Positions 10,191 to 17,421 of a stretch of DNA of 17,421 nucleotides are shown here, in pieces. The first letter of the stretch is position 1, and every line of letters begins with the position of its first letter. This DNA is from Azolla caroliniana (taxonomy: Eukaryota; Plantae; Polypodiophyta). Under the pieces are notes generated by a model, which did not search any database, was not told where the DNA came from, and saw only the letters and a program-made list of their open reading frames with translations. The stretch spans positions 1-17,421 of the forward strand of contig JBHGNT010000698.1 in assembly GCA_043228905.1 (NCBI GenBank), written 5' to 3'. The translations under genes were made by a program, and so were the position numbers.

Positions 10191-10235
10191 GTTTGATCGT
10201 GTGGAAGTGGAGGCGGAGATCGCGCTTTCGCGCTT

Positions 10236-10298
10236 TGTGCTCTATGTGCTTTGTGTGCTCTGTGTGCTCTGTGTGCTCTATACGCTCTGTACGCTCTG
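10236..10298. repeat. 10-bp tandem repeat (TGTGTGCTCT-like) in the predicted 5' UTR of the methyltransferase gene
   Basis: About 6 degenerate units between the TATA box and the ATG at 10190. Confidence 0.7.
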
Positions 10299-10324
10299 GT
10301 GAGTGAAATATGACGAGGTCTTCC

Positions 10325-10332
10325 TATTTATA
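10325..10332 (-). promoter_or_regulatory. TATA box for the ParB-methyltransferase gene
   Basis: CCTATAAATAGG on the minus strand, 135 nt upstream of the predicted ATG. Confidence 0.65.
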
Positions 10333-10339
10333 GGGATTG

Positions 10340-11033
10340 AACACATTGGTTAAAGTAACCATAGTCACCTTAACCAAGGTTGGTAACTTTGAGGATAGTT
10401 AGTTGGTAACCATAGTCACATTAACTAGAGAAACTTATGATTGTATTAATGATTACAAAGTCAAACTACCATATTGATCAATCTTTTATAGTCATAACAA
10501 CCTACAATGACTTCAAAGGTTATGAATGAGACAATGATAGAGGTTCATGAATGTACCAATGATTGATTACTAAAACCAACAATTTTTATGACTCTCAAAT
10601 GTTGTGTATTAAAGATGTGGGCATAAATTAACCAATGATTGATAAGTCTAATATTTAAAATGGTGAGCATTAAAGAACCAATGAGTGAGACGTTCTATAT
10701 CAAAATGGGTGCCATTAATTAGCCAATGATTTTAACATTAATCCAACATATTCATGGCTTGTTAATGATTAGTTTTATATTTTACTTGATTTAACTTTAT
10801 ATAGATCTAGTTTATATAATAATTGATATTTTAAGTACAATTACTTTATTAAAAATAATTTTTTGATGTATTGTATTAATAGAATATTACATAATATAGA
10901 CATTCTATTGATTTGGCTTTTGTTTAGAGAGAAGTTTATGTTTAGAGAGGAGTATATGTTTAGAGAGGAGCTTATTAGTTTTTTTCTTTCCCCTAAGCCC
11001 ATAACTTAGAGAGCCCTATCTAGACCTTAAGCC
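10340..11033. promoter_or_regulatory. Divergent intergenic/promoter region with repeated CCAATGA boxes
   Basis: CCAATGA at 10556, 10632, 10678 and 10723 (last three 45-46 bp apart). GTAACCATAGTCAC at 10355 and 10406. Three 18-bp TTTAGAGAG-containing repeats at about 10923-10975. Confidence 0.45.
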
Positions 11034-13886
11034 ATGAGTGAAGATTCACCGTTCTCGATTGAAGAATATTGTTTGTCATCAGACCCATCGTTTTCTACTG
11101 AAGAGTATTGTTTGTCATCAGAGTCACCATATTCGATTGAAGAATATTGTCTGTCGACCGACTCACCATATTCTATCGAAGAATATTGTCTGAGCTCATC
11201 TACAGGGAATGTAAATAATGACACATGTGAAGAGTTCTCTATTGAAGAATACGATATTAATAAAGATACCGAGAATGAAGGAAGTGCCCAGGAAACATTG
11301 AATAACATTGGCGATGGTCACAGCAAAGAATTAGACTGTAACAAGGTTACACCAACCTCTATGCAGGAAGAGAAATCTGGGAGCCCTATGCATATTAGAA
11401 GAATCCCACGAAGAATTCGTCTAACTAGATTTAGCTTGGTGACATCAGATAAACAGATTGGATTTGATGTCAACAAAATATGTTGTGCCCGTGGTTGTAT
11501 GTCTATGATTGGAAAATGAAAGTTGCGAGAATTAAGGCGATACTATTTTTCGATGACCGGTGATGAGCAAGACACTTACCTCGGGTCACATATGCAACTA
11601 GTATCTGACAAATGTACGGGGATCAAAGTATCATTCGAGTATTATATCTTCCATGCGCAACAGATATGTAGAGTTGCATTCAAAATTGCGTTATGTGTTA
11701 GTAACATGCGGCTACATAGAGTACAACAACGTCTACTTAACGGGGATCAGATGCTCAATTGTAAAGAGGTTCCAAGTATGAAAGGTGCAATTGGAAGACT
11801 AGCTATTGGTTGGATGAAAACTTACTTTCAGTTAAATTGTGAAGTAATGCCCACTACAGGTAGGATGCATCTTTCTGATAATTATACACGTCGGGAAGTT
11901 TATGATGCCTATCGATCTGATATGCTGGGCTCACGTAATAAATCGATCACATATAGCCAATTCACAAGATTATGGAGAGCTCAGTTTTCAAATGTTATTA
12001 TTCCTCGTAAAGTACGTATGGGGTATTGCTCCATTTGTGCAAATCTTAAAAGTTTGGCTAAAGGTGCAAAGACATCAATGGAAAAGGATACGAGTAAGAA
12101 GTTACTACAAGAGCATCGTGAGGCACAATCCTTAGAACGAAGGAAGGCGATGCATCATAGAGAGAAGTGTTTGAAGAGGCCCGAACAATACATGTGCTTA
12201 ATGATAGATGACATGGACCAGAAGAAGACATGCTTGCCGCATATGCGGAGGCTCCCCAAAGATGTCAATGATGAGTGCCTTGTTCAAATGCACTTGGTGG
12301 GATGCTTGGCTTATAATAGGTCTGTTCGACCTCACGTCTTCATTACTTACCCCAATGTTCACAATGACCCTAACCTAACAGTTACAGTGATTCACCGAGT
12401 TTTGATGTCTTGGGGACAACCTTTCCCCCCTGTTCTATACATTCAATTGGACAATACTGCTAGAGAGAACAAAAATTCAACTGTATTTGGCTATCTAAGT
12501 ATGTTGGTCAACCTAGAATTGTTTAGGAAAGTGAAAGTCAATTTCCTTTTGGTTGGCCACACACATGACCATATAGATAAGATGTTTAGCACATTCTCCA
12601 GACAGTTGTCTCGGCATGATGCTTTCACTTTACCTAAACTATTTGATGTCATTTGTGATGCTTATACACCACGCCCAAAAGTGTTACACTTGAAGGAGGT
12701 ATATGACTTTAAGAGATATATATTAGATGGGGGTGGTGGGAATGTTAAAGTGCTTGCTCAGTTAAACAATATAAGTTTCAATCACATTTTTTTGATAAAG
12801 AAAAATGGAATAAGTGGTTCTACACTTTTGTATGCCAAACAATATTCATCTTCTACAACATGGGAACCTGAAGGTGGTTGCCAGTTATTACTTTGTATGC
12901 CGAGTACAATTGTCCATGGAGCTAAGCAAATGCCAATTGAGAAGAAAGGACAGTTGCAGAGCGACTTGGTATCAGAACAAAAACGGTCATGGCTCCAAGC
13001 CTTAGAAGAAAAAAGAAAGCATATTGAGGCCGCCAAGAAATATGCCGCACAACAAGACACGTCATGGTGGGATGTATTTTATAGTGATCAGAAAGAAATT
13101 ATAGACAATTGTGTATCTGTTGATAATTGGAATTTGGAAACGCCATTCACATGGTCGTTGCAACATGATTGCGTAAATAGAAGTCCGGAGCAACTAGTAA
13201 ATGCGATTAATGACAGTGTGGTCCATCCACAACAAAGAGACATTTATGTGGGACCAAGGATGACCAAAGTAGCCGAAGCTAGATGGCAAGGAAATTTGCA
13301 AGAGCTCACCGCGGGGATGTTGATTGCAACGCTGGCTGATGAGAACTCACATGGCCACCAATTTTGGGTTGGTAAAATTCTAGAAGTGCTAATGCATGAA
13401 ATAGAAAACACGATCAAGTCTATAAATGTTCATTGGTACAACACTAGAACTGCAAATGCTTTTACAGGTAAGTATACATTGGAGATGATTGAATGCCAAA
13501 CAAGAAGGGGAGGTAGGAAGAGGAAGCGAACCATTCGTAACACCTCGACCCTTGATATCTCTGATGTGGATATCATCGTGTACGACTTCACACTTACAAA
13601 AGCCGGACGATTAAGGAAGTCAACAATAGATATAATAAAAGAAAAATTACTAGGTCTACAAGGTGGCTCGAGTCAAAGGCAAACGAGATCTGCTACATAT
13701 AATCTAGAGTCAAACCATTTGGTTTATGACGAAGATAATGCACTGATTGGTACATCCGAAATGATGAGGAGGATTCGTAATTGTATATTAGTTATAGTAG
13801 TGATTCTCCGTAAAGGAGTGATCATGAATGTATATTTGGCTATTAAGTGTAACTACATTCCGCTTGTAACAAATCGAGTAATATAA
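11034..13886 (+). pseudogene. Sola/DUF7869-like DDD transposase (about 950 codons) split by one in-frame TGA
   Basis: ORFs 11034-11519 and 11523-13886 share a frame across TGA 11517-11519. Motifs: CC..GC and C...F N-terminal Cys cluster, YSQFTRLW...CSIC...H, IDDMDQ (12204-12221), QLDNTARENKN (from 12444), FLLVGHTHDHIDKMFS (about 12543-12590). Located between TIRs with a 4-bp TSD. Confidence 0.82.
11043..11198 (+). repeat. Four 39-bp coding repeats (DSPYSIEEYCLSS-like) at the transposase N-terminus
   Basis: DSPFSIEEYCLSS / DPSFSTEEYCLSS / ESPYSIEEYCLST / DSPYSIEEYCLSS, plus a partial FSIEEY downstream. Confidence 0.85.
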
Positions 13887-14135
13887 AATCATGTGTTTTG
13901 AATTCTTATGATTTCTAAAAAATTGTTTCTTATAAAATAACATTGGTTGTGAAGTTTGTGATATAAATTGAGAATGTATCTTTTTGAAATTCGTCTTTTT
14001 TTAGTTACTTCTAAATCACGAAAATAGTGGATTTTTAACCTTTTTCGTAGTATGTTTGAACATGTATGATACTGGTATCAATGTGTTTTGTAAAATCATT
14101 GAAAAACCCCTAAAATTTCCCTTATCCTTCCATTT

Positions 14136-14171
14136 ATGCGCGATCCTTCCACTTGTGAACGCGAACGTGTT
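14136..14171 (-). repeat. Right terminal inverted repeat
   Basis: Reverse complement is AACACGTTCGCGTTCACAAGTGGAAGGATCGCGCAT. Confidence 0.92.
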
Positions 14172-14199
14172 GTCATATTTGACCTTTGAAGACGATAAT

Positions 14200-14232
<33 letters not shown>
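14172..14232 (+). mobile_element. Displaced 3' end of the RTE-like LINE: second hairpin arm plus (ATA)n/(TC)n tail
   Basis: GTCATATTTGACCTTTGAAGAC pairs with GTCTCATAGGTCA at 4917-4929, and is followed by ATAATAATAA and about 14 TC units. Confidence 0.65.
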
Positions 14233-14234
<2 letters not shown>

Positions 14235-15402
14235 TATTCTTGTACATTGCACTCACTATCACAATAGCTACTCCTCATTTGGGGCATTATCGCAAAATGT
14301 GCACTCTAAGAATATATGTGGGGATAAATTGACAACTTGGGGTTGATCATTGATTTTATCTAACAGATACATCATATGGTTATACCATAATACTTTTACA
14401 TTTAGAGTAGTTTTGATGTTCTAGAAATCTCGAGAAAGTTATAGAAACTTCTAAAGCATGGCAAGCATGTTTTCAAAATAGTGTTTGCCTAAATGGAATT
14501 CTCCAAGGACTTTTATAAATACAATTGTTCATCTTGATCCCAATCAAGATGAGCAACACCGGGTACCGAATAATAAATACAATTCATTCTTTCACATTCC
14601 TTGTCTCCTTTCTGCTCTGCTCTAGTTGTCCATGATGGTGAACTAGAAATATTCATTTTTATCAACCAAATGACCGATCTTTTTATGGCTCATTGACCAT
14701 TAATTCAAGAAATGGGGTGAATGTTGACTTGACAACATCAATATTGATTGCCAAATATACGCATATCATGTGGTATGTGAAACCTCAAATGGAGTCTTCA
14801 AAAGGCCATGATTTGGTTATGTGACTCTAAGATAGCATCTTCCACATTTACCAAGCCCCGCCTTGCCATTCAATTGAACACGGACTTACTTAAGAGTTTC
14901 TTTTTCCGTCGTGATGTTTAATTGTTGAGGTTGCCAACACATCTTTTGCCAAAAATTTACTATCATTTTCATACTTAGGTAGGCCAAGGGGGCTTCCAAT
15001 TCAACAATTGCAAACATCATTGGCTCTCAAGTGTCAAGAGAGCACTTTAATAGATTTTGAACAATTAAATGCCCTAGTACTATTAACAACATGAGACCAA
15101 AAATCTCTTTATCTCCCTCTTTCTTATATTTCTTTTCCTAGTGACTCTTGAGGGTATTCAATTCAAGATTTTATTGTCCCGCATTACCATAAAAGTGAGA
15201 TGTTATTTTCTCCTTTAAGAGTATATATTGCTCAATTTAGATAAAGCATTTTGGTGTTATTATTATTATTATGATTATTTGTCTTATCCAATTTCGTTCG
15301 AGGTTACACAGGAAGTGTGGAAGAGAGAATAAATTTTGTATCATTTCAGCCTTCATGTTGAGGCATATATAATAATAATTATTACTGTTCACATCTATCA
15401 CA

Positions 15403-16814
15403 CTACTCCACTACTGCTACTACTTCAGGTGCAGGGAGAGAAGGAAGGCGGAGCTGCTGAGCGGGAGTCGGGAGCGGAAGGCTTCGGAGCACGACACTCT
15501 CACATGTGAGACCCGGCCCGAATCCTAGCAACACACCCCATTCATGCCCCTCCCCGGTCGTGGCCGCGCCCCTCGACACGGAAGTCCGTCGCACTTGATC
15601 CAATATGAAGAGCACACACGCACTCGACATGTTGCCGTACTGATCCAGCACATGCCGGCTCGCTGCCAGCTTCTCCTTGTTTAAGCCCAGCTTCAGCTCC
15701 ACCTGGTCTAGGATGGCCGGGCCTCCAGGGTGTGCCACCCAGAACACGTCATTGTATCTTGGGAGGGCATCCCCTGACGATGATGCACCAAACACTTGAG
15801 CGAAGGCGCTTTCAAGGACCCTGCCTATGTTCTTGGAGATGATGGTGGGCACGTCCTTGAGGAGGTGGAACGTGAGGCCCACCTCGCGCAAGTGGCCATC
15901 AATGGCACCGTCACTATCCGGCATGATCTCGGAGCCTGTCCAGTGCAACTCGAACCAGGGTGTTTCCACCTCTGCCACTGGGTCTGCACCCACGATGACG
16001 GCGGACGCACCATCACCGAACAGGGCTTGGCCCACCAGGCTGTCCAGATGCGTGTCACTGGGACCTCGGAATGTGACGGCGGTGATCTCGCTGCATACAA
16101 CCAGGACGCGGGCGCCCTTGTTGTTCTCAGCCAGGTCTTTGGCTATGCGGAGCACGGTGCCACCGCCATAGCATCCGATCTGGTAGAGCATGAGGCGCTT
16201 GACGGAGCTACGCAGGCCGAGGAGCTTAGTGAGCGCCCAATCAGCACCAGGCATGTCGACCCCGGCAGTGGTGCAGAAGACGAGATGAGTTATCTTGGAT
16301 TTGGGCTGCCCCCACTCCTTGATGGCCCTGGCCGCCGCCTCCTTGGCGAGCTTGGGGACCTCGACCACCACGATGTCCTGACGCACGTCCAACGACTTCT
16401 CCCAGTAGCCGCAGATGCTGGGGTTGGCACGAAGGATCTCCTCGTTCAGGTGGAGGTGCCGCTTCGTGATGCATGACTTCTCGCCTGCAGAAAGTATGTA
16501 ATATAAATGGCACAAACTCGGAAGTTACGGTTGTTCCTCCTCCATTTAAATGGGATACATACTAAGTAAGAGGTGACATGATGGTTTGGGGGTGGGGTGG
16601 TTCTTATACATACATACAACAGTTACTTACACATGCGCTTGAACTTGTGCTTGAGCTCTGTCTGGTGGTTGCTTTTGGTGATGTCGAAGTAGAAATCGGG
16701 GTAATCCTTTTGGAGGAAGACGTTGGGCGGGACGGCCGTACCGATGGCGAGCACGGTGGCAGGGCCATCCGAACGCTCCACGATCCGCCTAGTATGAGCT
16801 CCAAGGGAAGCCAT
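15403..16814 (-). CDS. CHS: Chalcone synthase-family type III polyketide synthase, copy 2 (complete, 421 aa; exon 1 16814-16631, exon 2 16484-15403)
   Basis: 146-bp GT..AG intron (16630-16485) splits the Cys codon. Catalytic Cys (QIGCYGG), His (AHPGG) and Asn (GNMSSAC) are present, with gatekeeper Phe residues (ALFGDG, GLTFHL) and the GFGPG loop. Confidence 0.96.
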
Positions 16815-16963
16815 TGTTAGTAATAACTATGTGAGATGCCTTTTGTGCGTGCGTGTGCGTGCGTGTGTAGCTATGGCTGTGATGTGATGTTGGTAGCAGT
16901 AGATGCCTTTGTGTGTGTTATGTGCTCTATCTATCGTTTGTTTTCGAAGAGCAGGTTTTGGGT

Positions 16964-16971
16964 TATTTATA
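16964..16971 (-). promoter_or_regulatory. TATA box of CHS copy 2
   Basis: TATAAATA on the minus strand, homologous to 1366-1373. Confidence 0.65.
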
Positions 16972-17421
16972 GTAGTTCATGTACAGCCTTCTACTTATGA
17001 GGTTTTAGTCGCCAATTTTCTAGAAGCCCTTGACCGCACCCTCCTTTTGAAATCAAAGTGTTGGAATGTTTTAATTTTCAATACTCCACATTCCGATTAA
17101 ATGCATAATCCTTTTTTCCCTTCGTCTTTGACATCAATTTCCCTTACCATCTTGCACCATCCTCGTTTTAATTATCGTTTGTGTGCTTAAAGTTATTGGG
17201 CCATGGACATGAGAAACTCAACCCATCTCAAACTAAAGCAACCTATTTCAATGGTTGGGCTGGGGTCCATTCCTTCGAGTATTTTTTAACTAACACTTAT
17301 GAGTACAAGAGAAAGGATTTGTGGAGTGTACTTTGCTTGACTACACAAATTTATCATGATCAACAGAGTGTTGAAAAACGAGTTGAAAAATCACCACTAT
17401 ACAAAAACATGGTTGTACCTC

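Larger units (their letters stand above)
4930..14171. mobile_element. Full-length TIR DNA transposon (Sola-like DDD type), 9242 bp, carrying transposase and ParB-methyltransferase genes
   Basis: 36-bp TIRs (34/36 identical). GTCA TSD at 4926-4929 and 14172-14175. Removing the element rebuilds a LINE 3' hairpin and tail. It encloses a DDD transposase-like ORF. Confidence 0.9.

Noticed and set aside
10027-10306. Plus-strand ORFs beginning MNSIRRIEF
   Set aside because: Translations of the palindrome and 10-bp repeats, antisense to predicted exon 1 of the MTase gene.
11034-11519. Separate 161-aa gene upstream of the transposase
   Set aside because: In frame with the downstream ORF across a single TGA, and the Cys cluster continues through it. 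The downstream ORF starts at TTG.
14317-14632. Possible solo LTR (TG start, TATAAATA, hairpin at 14525-14556, AATAAA)
   Set aside because: No matching TSD, second LTR or primer-binding site could be identified, so it is too weak to call.
16485-16515. ORF-track start [11 protein letters not shown] for the 370-aa ORF
   Set aside because: Intronic read-through. The real exon starts at 16484 and joins exon 1.
15796-16820. Plus-strand and alternative-frame ORFs over CHS copy 2
   Set aside because: Same shadow effect. Their similarity to the copy 1 ORFs just reflects the duplication.

Overview
Land-plant nuclear DNA with spliced genes (a fern-like lineage is my inference from the CHS sequence style). 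Two near-identical, minus-strand, single-intron chalcone-synthase-family (type III PKS) genes sit at the two ends (<1-1202, partial; 15403-16814) as a tandem duplication. Between them is a stack of mobile elements: a 128-bp fold-back MITE, an L1-type LINE fragment and an RTE/RTEX-like LINE fragment. Inserted into the 3' hairpin of that last LINE is a complete 9242-bp DNA transposon (4930-14171) with 36-bp TIRs and a 4-bp GTCA target-site duplication. It carries two divergent genes. The + strand gene is a Sola/DUF7869-like DDD transposase with a BAH/Tudor-like C-terminal module. The - strand gene has six exons and about 974 codons and fuses a ParB/Srx-like domain to a bacterial-type beta-class N6-adenine/N4-cytosine DNA methyltransferase. 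Its first intron holds an array of 25-bp palindromes at a 51-bp period. Both transposon genes carry premature stops in this copy. Family assignments come from motif recognition, not database searches.
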